Source: Candidatus Onthovivens sp.
Lineage (GTDB): Bacteria > Bacillota_I > Bacilli_A > RFN20 > CAG-826
NCBI GenBank assembly: GCA_048405595.1
Contig: DBFJOT010000010.1
Coordinates: forward strand, 71,578 to 135,577
Direction: 5' to 3'
DNA length: 64,000 nt
The notes beneath the pieces were generated by a model. It saw only the letters and a list, made by a program, of their open reading frames with translations. It had not been told where the DNA came from and did not search any database. The translations under genes and the position numbers were made by a program. The stretch's first letter is position 1; each line of letters opens with the position of its first letter. Shown piece by piece: positions 37,208 to 46,394 of this stretch.

Positions 37208-38340
37208 TTTTGAAGGCTCCTTTCATAATCGATTAAGACAACTGTGTCTTTATCTTTGTTAATTTCTTCACCGTCCTTAATTTGTGTTTTAGGACCGATA
37301 ATCGCATTATTAACGATAGCTTTTTTGCCAATTCTCACGCCTGGCATGATAACTGAACGATTAACTTGAGCGCCTTCTTCAATAATTACTTCATTTGAAA
37401 TAACTGATTGAGTGACTTTGCCTTTAATGATTGCACCTTGATTGATTAATGAGTCAGTAACAACTGCTTTTGGACCAATAAATTGAGGACTTGAATGGGT
37501 ATCTTCGCTATAAACTGTAGGATATTCATCAAAATTAATTGTTTCTTCAGTTCTATTTGAAGGTAATAATTCCATATTTGCCATATGTAAACTATCTAAA
37601 GTACCAACATCTCTCCAATATCCATGGAATCTATAAGCAAATAATTTTTTCTTATCACCAAGCATCATTGGGATAATATTTTTACCAAAGTCGTGTTCAC
37701 TCTTTGGATCTTTTCTATCTGCAATTAATGCTTTTCTTAAATCTTTATATGTAAATACATAAACACCCATTGAAGCTAAGTTGCTCTTTGGTTCTTTTGG
37801 TTTTTCAACGAATTTAGTAATTTGATCATTTTCATCGACTTCTAAAATACCAAATCTTGAAGCTTCTGCCCAATCAACTTCTAAAACGCTGATTGTACAT
37901 GTAGCTTTGTTTTTAATATGTAAATCGACCATTTCGTTGTAACTTGTTTTATAAATGTGATCGCCACTTAAAATTAAAACATATTCTGGATCTTCTTCAT
38001 CGAGAAAATCTAAGTTTTGATAAATAGCATCGGCGGTACCTTCATACCAGTTAGCACCTTCTTCTGTTTGTCTTGGTGGAAGAGTCGAACATTTTCCATT
38101 TACTCCATCGAATCCCCAAGTACTTCCATTACCAATATAATTATTTAAAGCGACAGATTCATATTGTGTTAAAACACCACAACATTCAATGTCACTATTG
38201 GCAACATTTGATAGTGAAAAGTCTATAATACGATACTTTCCGCCAAAATAAACTGCTGGTTTAGCAATCTTCTTTGTCAAAGCGTGAAGACGTGTGCCTT
38301 TACCTCCGGCAAGAATCATTGCAATAACTTTCCTAGCCAT
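37204..38340 (-). CDS. glgC: Glucose-1-phosphate adenylyltransferase
   Basis: ILAGGKGTRL motif, PAVYFGGKYRIIDF and an LbH C-terminus. 378 aa. SD GGAGGG upstream. Confidence 0.93.
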   Translation of the reverse strand: MARKVIAMILAGGKGTRLHALTKKIAKPAVYFGGKYRIIDFSLSNVANSDIECCGVLTQYESVALNNYIGNGSTWGFDGVNGKCSTLPPRQTEEGANWYEGTADAIYQNLDFLDEEDPEYVLILSGDHIYKTSYNEMVDLHIKNKATCTISVLEVDWAEASRFGILEVDENDQITKFVEKPKEPKSNLASMGVYVFTYKDLRKALIADRKDPKSEHDFGKNIIPMMLGDKKKLFAYRFHGYWRDVGTLDSLHMANMELLPSNRTEETINFDEYPTVYSEDTHSSPQFIGPKAVVTDSLINQGAIIKGKVTQSVISNEVIIEEGAQVNRSVIMPGVRIGKKAIVNNAIIGPKTQIKDGEEINKDKDTVVLIDYERSLQK

Positions 38341-38379
38341 AATTCCCTCCTAATTTATATTTAATTTATTTTGAGTAAG

Positions 38380-41300
38380 TTAATTTGTTTCAGTTGCTTT
38401 TGTGTCTTTTTCAAATAAGCCAACGCAGCTTCTGTTCTTATCTCTTAAAACAATTAAAGTTTCGTCTACTAAAGGAGAAATATCTGGGACTTTATCGCTT
38501 GGAGCACTAAGAATGACTTGTAAGTTGAATTTCTTAAGAAGTCTGATAGCTTCTGTCATTCTGTTTTTGTCCATCTTTGAGAAAGCTTCATCAAAGATAA
38601 TTAAACGAACTGTGTTTCCGAGTTCCCCTTCGTTATTAATGTGATATAGTTGAGCAAATGATGCGAGGACTGAAATGTAGAAAGGAGTTTGAGTTTCGCC
38701 TCCACTCTTTTTCTTAATCATCTTCGATAATCTTTGTTCATCACCAGTATCTTTATTGTAAACAATTAAGTCAAAATCTAAATAGCTACGATAGTCAGTG
38801 AATTTTCTAACATTTTCTTCTAATAAGCTGTGCTTATTGCCATCACCAACATCAACGATTTGTCTAAAGAGTTCTTCCATGACATCTTTATATTTTTCAA
38901 TAAATGCAGAATCATCTTTTCCAGTTTCAAGAATGGAATCATCTTTTAACATATCATAATATCTACGATAAAGTTGAGATGGTCTAACTGTGAAACGGTA
39001 TAAATCTTTTCCGAAACTTGATTGTTTAAGAGCTAAATTAAGATTATCAATTTGATCTTCAACATCCCCGATAGCTTCTCTTAAACTAAAGATGAAGTCA
39101 TCCTTGAATTGTTTAGTAGCTTTTTCGTAAGAGTCTTGAATTTTTTCACGATATTCAGGGAGTTTAACATCTCTAAATTCAACGAGTTCATCATAGAATC
39201 TCTTATTATCGTCAGTTTCAGCATCATAACTTAGATGGTAATCTTGTAAATATTCTCTTCTAAGTTTGATAAGTTGATTTTTCATGTTGTTTACTAAGTA
39301 TTGTAAACGTGAGAATTCAACATTTGCTTCTTGGAAAATTTCAAATACACGTTTTCCTTCGTCGAGTTTTTGATTAAATAAAGGTAATGCAATTTCGTTA
39401 ACGATTTTTGGATCGTAGCTTGTGTTAATTGAATCTTCTTTTGATTTGGCAATTTTTTGTTCATCAACGATTTTTTCATTAACAATTGCTTCGTTATCTT
39501 TAATAAGGTTACCCTTTTCTAAGATTAAACGATCTTTTAATTCGTGAATGTTTGCGATATCGCTTTCAACATCTTTTAATCTATTATCTAATGATTCACC
39601 TAAAGCAGTTCCAGAATTTGCGAGTTCATGCTCGATATAGTCATAATTATTTCTTAATCCTGGTAAATCACTAATACCACTTAATAATCTAAATATATTC
39701 TCGATTTCAGTTAATGTAAATACTTCAAGACGATTTACTTCGTCAATCGAGTGTTTTACTCTACGAATGTATTCAATATTACTTGAAAGTTGATTAAGTT
39801 GTTTTGTTTTTTGATCAATAAATCTATTATCAACATTTCTTCCAATGAAACTATCTTGGAATAAACGTGGATTAATTCTTGATGTAGCAAAGTTTCTATA
39901 AACATCGCATTCTTTTGTGATACCATTTCCGCTTCTTCTAGCTTCATCTGGATCGCTTGATTTATGTAAACGACCAATTAAGAAATTGGTGTAAGCTCTT
40001 GCTCCTTCATGATCTGTAACGATTTCTTCAGCGAGTGAGCCACTATCACATTTAAAGTCTCTTTCGATGATTTTTTCTTGGTCGACAAGGGCTGTTCCAT
40101 AATAATTAAAATCATTTAAGAGTTTTCTTAAAATTTTATATGCTGCACTATAATATTTTGGTGCAACGAATAAATTGAATTTTTGTGAGAATAAGAATCC
40201 TTCAATTGCATTTGACCAACTTAAGTCATTAATATCGATTAAATCAGCATAAATTGAAACTTCAATTTTCTTATCAAATTGTCTTGCAAGTTCGTCTTCT
40301 AAACGCTTTTTAATAATAACAAGTCGAGGTTCATAAGGTTTAGTTCCTTTTTTCATCTCAACTTCTTGAGTTCTTAAGTCTCTAACATTCTTTTCTAAAT
40401 TTTGAATGCTTTTACCTAAAGTTGCTGATAAATTAGAGGCGGAATTTTTAAAAATTAATAATGCATCTCTGAATTCATTTAAGTTATCTTTATCTAATTT
40501 AGAAATATCACTTAAATATTTTTCTCTAAATGAAATTGTTGTGTGTTTGATATCTTTTGCGTTTTCAACAAGTTCTTGAATATCATTAAAGTTATCTTCA
40601 CCTAAAATTTCTTCATTTAAAGAAGAGAAATTTGTACAAATAAGTTCACTTGCTTCATAGAAAGCGTTGATATATCTATTTAAAGAATTTCTTACAGAGT
40701 CAATATTTGAATTAATCAAGTTAATTTTATTGACGATATCTTTTTTATCTTTCTTTAAGTCTTCGGTCATTCTAAATGTATCATTACTTGCTTTGTCCAT
40801 AATGATATTATTTTTCTTTCTTTCGAAGTCTTCTAAGTTAGATTGGAATTCCTTAAGTTCGTTATCGATTTCAGAAATACGTTTATTATTTCTTTCGATT
40901 TGTTTATTTAAATTTCTAAGCTTGTCATAACTTTGTTCAAGTTGACATCTTTCTAAAATATATCTTGTGACAGTTAAATTTGTCTTTTGAGTTGAATAAT
41001 GTGAATAAGCTTCTTCGATTTCTTCAAGACGTTTAACTCTCTTTTCGATATTTAATGCTTCGATTTCAAGTCTCTTATATTGAGAAATGTTATCTTGTAA
41101 CGTAGCAATGTTGATATTTTTTTGAGGATCACAAACATAATCTGTAATAAATTCTGTGATGTTTGAAATTGGTGAGAATGAAGTTGCACGTTTGAATAAA
41201 TCAAAATAACGTTGTTTTAATCCACCAAATTTACGTTTTAAGAATTCTTGATAAAGTTTATTTGTATCAAAGAATTGATAACTTCCTTTTTCATAATTTG

Positions 41301-41769
41301 CAGCAAAGTATTTTGTGAGTGTTTTATATTCCATTGGAATATTATTTTCTACAAATTCATTTTGAGGAATTTTTGATTCTAAATAGAAGAAATGGTGATC
41401 ATTACTTCCATCATCAAATGTATCAAATACTACACCCATTACGAAATCGTTGTTATTTAAATCGTCATGATATTCTAAAGCGATATAGCTTGTGAATCTT
41501 CCATTACGTAAATATTTAAATCCACCATCTGCTGTATCACCAAGTTCTCCACGTAAATATCCTGATAAAGTACGAGCACTTTTTTCACTAGCAGCTTTAT
41601 TGAAGAAATTTCCTGAAGTATTTCCTAAAAGTACAACTTGGAGAGCGTCAATTAAAGTAGATTTACCACTACCATTAAGACCTGTTAAAAAGACAATAGG
41701 TTTAATATCGAAAGTTTCATTCCAAAAATAATGCCAGTTAATAATTTTAACCTTAGTTAAGAGTTTCAT
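38380..41769 (-). CDS. SMC-like ATPase of the JetC/MksB type
   Basis: 1129 aa. N-terminal head IINWHYF...FLTGLNGSGKSTLIDALQVVLLG (Walker A). About 800 aa of coiled-coil-type sequence with a central globular hinge-like segment (ADLIDINDLSWSNAIEGFLF...). C-terminal signature SGGETQ, Walker B LIIFDEAFSKMD and D-loop. The start overlaps the upstream gene by 17 nt. Confidence 0.8.
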   Translation of the reverse strand: MKLLTKVKIINWHYFWNETFDIKPIVFLTGLNGSGKSTLIDALQVVLLGNTSGNFFNKAASEKSARTLSGYLRGELGDTADGGFKYLRNGRFTSYIALEYHDDLNNNDFVMGVVFDTFDDGSNDHHFFYLESKIPQNEFVENNIPMEYKTLTKYFAANYEKGSYQFFDTNKLYQEFLKRKFGGLKQRYFDLFKRATSFSPISNITEFITDYVCDPQKNINIATLQDNISQYKRLEIEALNIEKRVKRLEEIEEAYSHYSTQKTNLTVTRYILERCQLEQSYDKLRNLNKQIERNNKRISEIDNELKEFQSNLEDFERKKNNIIMDKASNDTFRMTEDLKKDKKDIVNKINLINSNIDSVRNSLNRYINAFYEASELICTNFSSLNEEILGEDNFNDIQELVENAKDIKHTTISFREKYLSDISKLDKDNLNEFRDALLIFKNSASNLSATLGKSIQNLEKNVRDLRTQEVEMKKGTKPYEPRLVIIKKRLEDELARQFDKKIEVSIYADLIDINDLSWSNAIEGFLFSQKFNLFVAPKYYSAAYKILRKLLNDFNYYGTALVDQEKIIERDFKCDSGSLAEEIVTDHEGARAYTNFLIGRLHKSSDPDEARRSGNGITKECDVYRNFATSRINPRLFQDSFIGRNVDNRFIDQKTKQLNQLSSNIEYIRRVKHSIDEVNRLEVFTLTEIENIFRLLSGISDLPGLRNNYDYIEHELANSGTALGESLDNRLKDVESDIANIHELKDRLILEKGNLIKDNEAIVNEKIVDEQKIAKSKEDSINTSYDPKIVNEIALPLFNQKLDEGKRVFEIFQEANVEFSRLQYLVNNMKNQLIKLRREYLQDYHLSYDAETDDNKRFYDELVEFRDVKLPEYREKIQDSYEKATKQFKDDFIFSLREAIGDVEDQIDNLNLALKQSSFGKDLYRFTVRPSQLYRRYYDMLKDDSILETGKDDSAFIEKYKDVMEELFRQIVDVGDGNKHSLLEENVRKFTDYRSYLDFDLIVYNKDTGDEQRLSKMIKKKSGGETQTPFYISVLASFAQLYHINNEGELGNTVRLIIFDEAFSKMDKNRMTEAIRLLKKFNLQVILSAPSDKVPDISPLVDETLIVLRDKNRSCVGLFEKDTKATETN

Positions 41770-42403
41770 TGAATAGATCCTCCTTATTTGCTTCTTGAGC
41801 TTTTAATTGATCAAGTGCGTTTGACATTGCGACTATCTTGTCATTATCAACTGCATAAACGATCGAAGGTAAAATATAAAACGAAACATTTCCTTCATCG
41901 TAACTACCACTAACTTTAGAGATGATGTTGTGGTTTGCTAAAAATCTTAATGAGCGAGCAAGCCCTCTGCCTGTGAAGTTTTTATTTTGAAGACGAATTC
42001 CGTCATCTTTCATTAATTTTAAAAGCCCAGGAGTTGTTAAATAAATTGCTTGAGTTGTTGTATTTGATTCGTTTTTTTCGTTTTCATAAATCAGTCTTAA
42101 GGTAAATAAAACTAAACTTGTTTCTCTATCTAATCTAATTCTATTTTCGCAATTGATATTTGTTAAAGCGACAACACCTAAAACATAATCTTTTTCTACT
42201 AACCAACCTGAATATTTTAAATATTCGTTGATAATATCAAAATATCTTTCAATATATCGATAATCAGGATTTATACGAATGATTTTTTCTTTTGTATCAA
42301 AGACATCACGAACAATAAATCCTTTGAGTAATAATTTATTAATAACTGTTGAGAATTCTGATTGATCGCTAGCTGGCATTTTTAAAAATTCTTCACTAAA
42401 CAT
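41753..42403 (-). CDS. JetB/MksE-like (DUF4194-type) small subunit
   Basis: 216 aa, in the middle position of the trio. Patterns VINKLLLKGFIVRD, YLKYSGWLVEKDYVLGVVALTN and RETSLVLFTLRLIYE resemble the DUF4194/MukE-like family as I recall it. Confidence 0.6.
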   Translation of the reverse strand: MFSEEFLKMPASDQSEFSTVINKLLLKGFIVRDVFDTKEKIIRINPDYRYIERYFDIINEYLKYSGWLVEKDYVLGVVALTNINCENRIRLDRETSLVLFTLRLIYENEKNESNTTTQAIYLTTPGLLKLMKDDGIRLQNKNFTGRGLARSLRFLANHNIISKVSGSYDEGNVSFYILPSIVYAVDNDKIVAMSNALDQLKAQEANKEDLFNETLN

Positions 42404-42406
42404 ACT

Positions 42407-43888
42407 CTACTCCTTTCTGATAAATCTAAAATTAGGAACAATATATCCGTAAGTATGGATTCTAGATTTATCAACTTGTTCTACATAATAGAAACAATTT
42501 TCTTCGTCTTTTTTGATGACTGCTAAAATAAGGCAAATTAAGGCATCAAAATTAACAAGTGGTATTTCTTCTACACCAATTTCATCAGCTCCACCGAAAG
42601 CTTCTTCCATAAATTCATAAACTTTTTCATCAGTGAAAATTGTATTTGTTTGATCAAGGAAGTTACTCATTAAGAAGTCGGTCGCATCTTCAAATGATAC
42701 AAGTTCCATAGGAACGCCATCTTCTTTAATTTTTCTAAGAATTGGTAATGTGATTGAGTCACTATTAATATAACCTTGTTCATAGAAATATAAGGAGTCT
42801 TGCATTTTAGATAAAACTGTTTTGACATCTTTTAAATTTCCACTATTCATGTTCTTAGCATAGAACTTCATAATGTTTTCAAGATACCCCTTGATTGTCT
42901 TATCGTTGTTATTAAGATAAAGAATTTTGTTAGCACTACTCTTTGTGTAAGAGTTGTTTTCTTTATCAATGTTAGCGATTGTTGTGTTAAGTTTTTCGTA
43001 AGTATCCGTAATGAAATTAATTTTTTCAATAACGTCTTGCTCAAGAGTTTTTCTATCTGTTGTTGGGAACATAAGCATAGCTTGAGCAATAAGCTTTGTT
43101 CTAATTTCATTAGTGTTAAGCCAATTATCTAAAATTTTAATAATTGGGCGTTTAAATTTCGTGACACTATCGAAAGTTTTAAGTGGGTGATAATATCTAT
43201 CACTGATTTTGTTTTTATAAACATCAAAGTAGTCATGTAAGACTTTATTAGTATCAAAAAGTTTTGATAATCTGTTTTGGAAGATTCTAATTGAGTGACT
43301 AATAGTAATAAGTTCGACTTTGAGTTTTTTCGTTGTTTCATAACAACGTGATAAAGTTCCATACATTAAGTCATCTTGTTCTTCATCTTCGAGTTTAAGT
43401 TCGCTATAAGTTGAATGAACATAGCCAATATAAGGACTTTCTTCATCTGAGATGATATCTTTAAAAGCTTTTAGTATTAGGATTGAATATTGAGGTAAGA
43501 TGATGCCCTCCTCGAAAGTCTCAGGGTCCATCATAATATCAATCCAACCAGTTTCTTCTAATCTTTTAACGATAAAAGAACTTTTTCCACTTGGAGTATT
43601 AGAAAGTAAAGCATCTTCTTGAGTTGCATCAACTTCTTCATCCTCGTAAGTAAATTGTTCTAATTCTTTAGATCTCTCCTTTAAGGTCTTAACAAAATCA
43701 TTCTTTTTGATAAAAGATTCTTCACTTTCAAGTAGGTTAAATAACACTAATAAACTATCAAGATATATTGCACGATTCTTTCCTTGAAATAGTGCAAAAT
43801 AATTTTCTGGAATGATATTAAATAAGTTCATAATTATACTTAAAAAGTATATCATTTTTTTGCGCATTCTTAAATAAATAAATGGCAA
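42407..43888 (-). CDS. JetA/MksF-like (kleisin-type) subunit candidate
   Basis: 493 aa, first gene of the trio, 3 nt upstream of the DUF4194-like gene. Size and position match DUF3375/JetA. The start is ambiguous: TTG at 43888 (AAGGA 5-6 nt upstream) or ATG at 43831 (MNLFNIIPENYF...). Confidence 0.5.
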   Translation of the reverse strand: MPFIYLRMRKKMIYFLSIIMNLFNIIPENYFALFQGKNRAIYLDSLLVLFNLLESEESFIKKNDFVKTLKERSKELEQFTYEDEEVDATQEDALLSNTPSGKSSFIVKRLEETGWIDIMMDPETFEEGIILPQYSILILKAFKDIISDEESPYIGYVHSTYSELKLEDEEQDDLMYGTLSRCYETTKKLKVELITISHSIRIFQNRLSKLFDTNKVLHDYFDVYKNKISDRYYHPLKTFDSVTKFKRPIIKILDNWLNTNEIRTKLIAQAMLMFPTTDRKTLEQDVIEKINFITDTYEKLNTTIANIDKENNSYTKSSANKILYLNNNDKTIKGYLENIMKFYAKNMNSGNLKDVKTVLSKMQDSLYFYEQGYINSDSITLPILRKIKEDGVPMELVSFEDATDFLMSNFLDQTNTIFTDEKVYEFMEEAFGGADEIGVEEIPLVNFDALICLILAVIKKDEENCFYYVEQVDKSRIHTYGYIVPNFRFIRKE

Positions 43889-44041
43889 TTTTTTCCTTAA
43901 AAATCATCAAATTTAAGCACTTTTTTTCACCTACATTAAAATTATAATTTTAATATGTCATTTTTATGCGTTTTGATCACCTTAAAGCACTCAAGGAAAC
44001 AAAATTTGCAATCTTAAAGTTACTCAATTATAATTTTGCTT

Positions 44042-44524
44042 ATGAACGAAAAACGTATTTATCCATCAAAAAAATCAATTATAAAAACATCAATAATTTT
44101 TTCTTTAATTTTGCTTGTTGTCATGTATGGAATTTTCTCTTCAAGATTTTCATGGGCATACATCACAGATAAAGATATAGCTCCTTACATAATTCAAGAT
44201 GTTGTTGTTATTATTGCTTGGTTAGCTGTTTCACTTATTTCAACATTTGTACTTTTAAATAAAAATTATTATACAGTTACTAAATCATGTTTCATCCATC
44301 ATAAATTAGGTAAGGAAGTTAGTTACTCATTTGATAACATTCTTTACATCGATGATTATTATTCATCAAAGCATGATACAATTTTATTCTACATGAACAC
44401 TGGTAAATCAGTTTTCATTGTTCAAGATAAAGAAAAAACACTTTTGCCACTATTTCAAAAAGAAGCTAAAAATGTTATTTCTCGTGAAGCTTTTCATGCA
44501 AAATTCCCAAACATTAAACTTTAA
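44042..44524 (+). CDS. Small membrane protein with two TM helices and a possible bacterial PH-like (bPH/YdbS-like) domain
   Basis: MNEKRIYPSKK..., two hydrophobic helices, then NYYTVTKSCFIHHKLGKEVSYSFDNILYID. The architecture resembles bPH_2 proteins. Weak call. Confidence 0.35.
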   Translation: MNEKRIYPSKKSIIKTSIIFSLILLVVMYGIFSSRFSWAYITDKDIAPYIIQDVVVIIAWLAVSLISTFVLLNKNYYTVTKSCFIHHKLGKEVSYSFDNILYIDDYYSSKHDTILFYMNTGKSVFIVQDKEKTLLPLFQKEAKNVISREAFHAKFPNIKL

Positions 44525-44760
44525 TTTCATTTATTAAAAAATAAATTTCACTACTTTATTTCGACTAGAAAACTACTAATTATTTACTTTTCACCAAAAA
44601 AACTATTAAATTGCATACTTTTTATAGGTGAAAATGCTCTAATTCTATAAATCACAAATTTATGAGACACCGTGTTAACTTAAATAAAACAAATTAAACT
44701 TTACATTACAACTTTATTTATGTTATTATTAAACACGCGATTTGAAAGGAGGCAACGAAT

Positions 44761-44955
44761 ATGTCAAGATTTTGTCCTGTTACTGGTAAAGGTCCTTTAA
44801 GCGGAAACAACCGTTCACACAGTTTAAGAGCTACAAGAAGAAGATGGAATGTTAACTTACATACATATAGAGTCGAAATCGACGGAAAAATTTGTAAAGT
44901 AAGAATGAGTGCTCGTGCTTATCGTACTCTCAACAAATCACTTAAATCAAATTAA
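44761..44955 (+). CDS. rpmB: 50S ribosomal protein L28
   Basis: MSRFCPVTGKGPLSGNNRSHSLRATRRRWNVNL... 64 aa. SD AAAGGAGG upstream. Confidence 0.95.
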   Translation: MSRFCPVTGKGPLSGNNRSHSLRATRRRWNVNLHTYRVEIDGKICKVRMSARAYRTLNKSLKSN

Positions 44956-44957
44956 TG

Positions 44958-44988
44958 AAAAGCTTCCGACAATGCGGAAGCTTTTTTC
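44958..44988 (+). terminator. Bidirectional rho-independent terminator after rpmB
   Basis: AAAGCTTCCG-ACAATG-CGGAAGCTTT followed by TTTT. It also lies directly 3' of the convergent gene ending at 44995. Confidence 0.85.
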
Positions 44989-44994
44989 TTGTAT

Positions 44995-45729
44995 TTATAA
45001 ATAAATTATGATGAGTACTGGAATGAAAGCTAAGAATAAATTTAATAATGTGCCCCACTCCAATATAGCTAAATAACAGAATTTAGGTCTATTATATGTT
45101 TCAGCATCAACTTTTACCATCTTGAACCGATTTTTATAATTTTTATTTAGCATTAATCCAAATTCGAAGATGAGTAAGATTAAAGATATTACAAAGTTAG
45201 TGATTTGAACTTCTTTATTTATGATACCGTTTCCAAAATTGTAATGATCATTTGTAAAGAAGAATATATATAAAGATAATAGTAATAAAGTTGAAGCAAC
45301 AAATAATGTTGTAAATAACATATGTGAAGAATAATAAGATAGTTTAAGATGAGTCAATACAACAAAGAAGAAACTAGCTAAAGTGAAAACTGTAAATAAA
45401 ATATAAGCAGCCGTTATATCTCCTCCGTTAAATTGAACATATAAAGCAAAGCATAACATGCTGAGTACTAACATAAAGTTAGGGATGCCTATTATTATCC
45501 AAGATATTATCTTCCTTAAAACAGCAATAAAGTAACTCTCGTATTCTTTATTCGATAACACACTAGACAATGTTGGCACACGAAAACTTAGTTCAAAAGG
45601 AATATATGTATAAAACTTAAATTTCTTAGCGCCAGTTGAATTAAAACTTGTGATGTGGAACACTAAAACAATTGCTTCTAATAGAATTGCAACACCTAAA
45701 AATACTACAACTAAAATTCTAAAATCCAT
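44995..45729 (-). CDS. Multi-pass membrane protein of unknown function
   Basis: 244 aa with about 7 hydrophobic segments and no recognisable motif. A 3-nt gap separates it from rpe, suggesting co-transcription. Confidence 0.5.
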   Translation of the reverse strand: MDFRILVVVFLGVAILLEAIVLVFHITSFNSTGAKKFKFYTYIPFELSFRVPTLSSVLSNKEYESYFIAVLRKIISWIIIGIPNFMLVLSMLCFALYVQFNGGDITAAYILFTVFTLASFFFVVLTHLKLSYYSSHMLFTTLFVASTLLLLSLYIFFFTNDHYNFGNGIINKEVQITNFVISLILLIFEFGLMLNKNYKNRFKMVKVDAETYNRPKFCYLAILEWGTLLNLFLAFIPVLIIIYL

Positions 45730-45732
45730 AAA

Positions 45733-46392
45733 TTAACCTATTAAACTTTCAATAGCCATTTTTCTATTATCTTTATTATATATATAAGAACCAGCGACTA
45801 AAATATCGACACCTGCTTCTTTACATAATAAAGATGTTTCTTGATTTATTCCCCCATCAACTTCAATTAAATATAGGAAGTTATTTTCTTTTCTTAATTT
45901 ATCAAGTTCTTTAATTTTGTTTAATGAATCTTCAATAAATTTTTGTCCACCAAAACCTGGTTCAACACTCATTACGAGAACTAAATCTACAAGTGGTAAA
46001 AATTTTATAATCTTTTTAACTTCTGTTTTTGGTTTAATTGATATACCTACTTTAACATGATTTGACTTAATTTTATCTATTAGTTGATAAATTTTAGTTT
46101 CATCGTCATACGCTTCATAATGAAAAGTGATAATGTCAGCTCCACTTTTAATGAATTCATCAGCGTATTTTAAAGGATCACTAATCATCAAATGAACATC
46201 ATTGATTAAATAATGTTTCTTTGAAATTTGAGATAAAATATATGGACCAAATGAAATATTAGGAACAAAATGTCCATCCATGACATCAAAATGGAGATAT
46301 TTTGCTCCGCCTAAATAAACATCTAAAATGTCTTTCTCTAATTCTAAAAAATTTGCAGATAAAATAGATGGTGAGACTTCGACTTTTTTCAT
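45733..46392 (-). CDS. rpe: Ribulose-phosphate 3-epimerase
   Basis: SILSANF, HFDVMDGHFVPNISFG and VMSVEPGFGGQKF motifs. 219 aa. Confidence 0.92.
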   Translation of the reverse strand: MKKVEVSPSILSANFLELEKDILDVYLGGAKYLHFDVMDGHFVPNISFGPYILSQISKKHYLINDVHLMISDPLKYADEFIKSGADIITFHYEAYDDETKIYQLIDKIKSNHVKVGISIKPKTEVKKIIKFLPLVDLVLVMSVEPGFGGQKFIEDSLNKIKELDKLRKENNFLYLIEVDGGINQETSLLCKEAGVDILVAGSYIYNKDNRKMAIESLIG

Positions 46393-46394
46393 AT

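Noticed and set aside
44042-44524. The divergently transcribed 160-aa membrane protein as a substitute effector (JetD replacement) for the SMC-like module.
   Set aside because: It is on the opposite strand, has no Toprim or nuclease-like motifs, and looks like a small two-TM PH-like protein. There is no evidence of linkage beyond adjacency.
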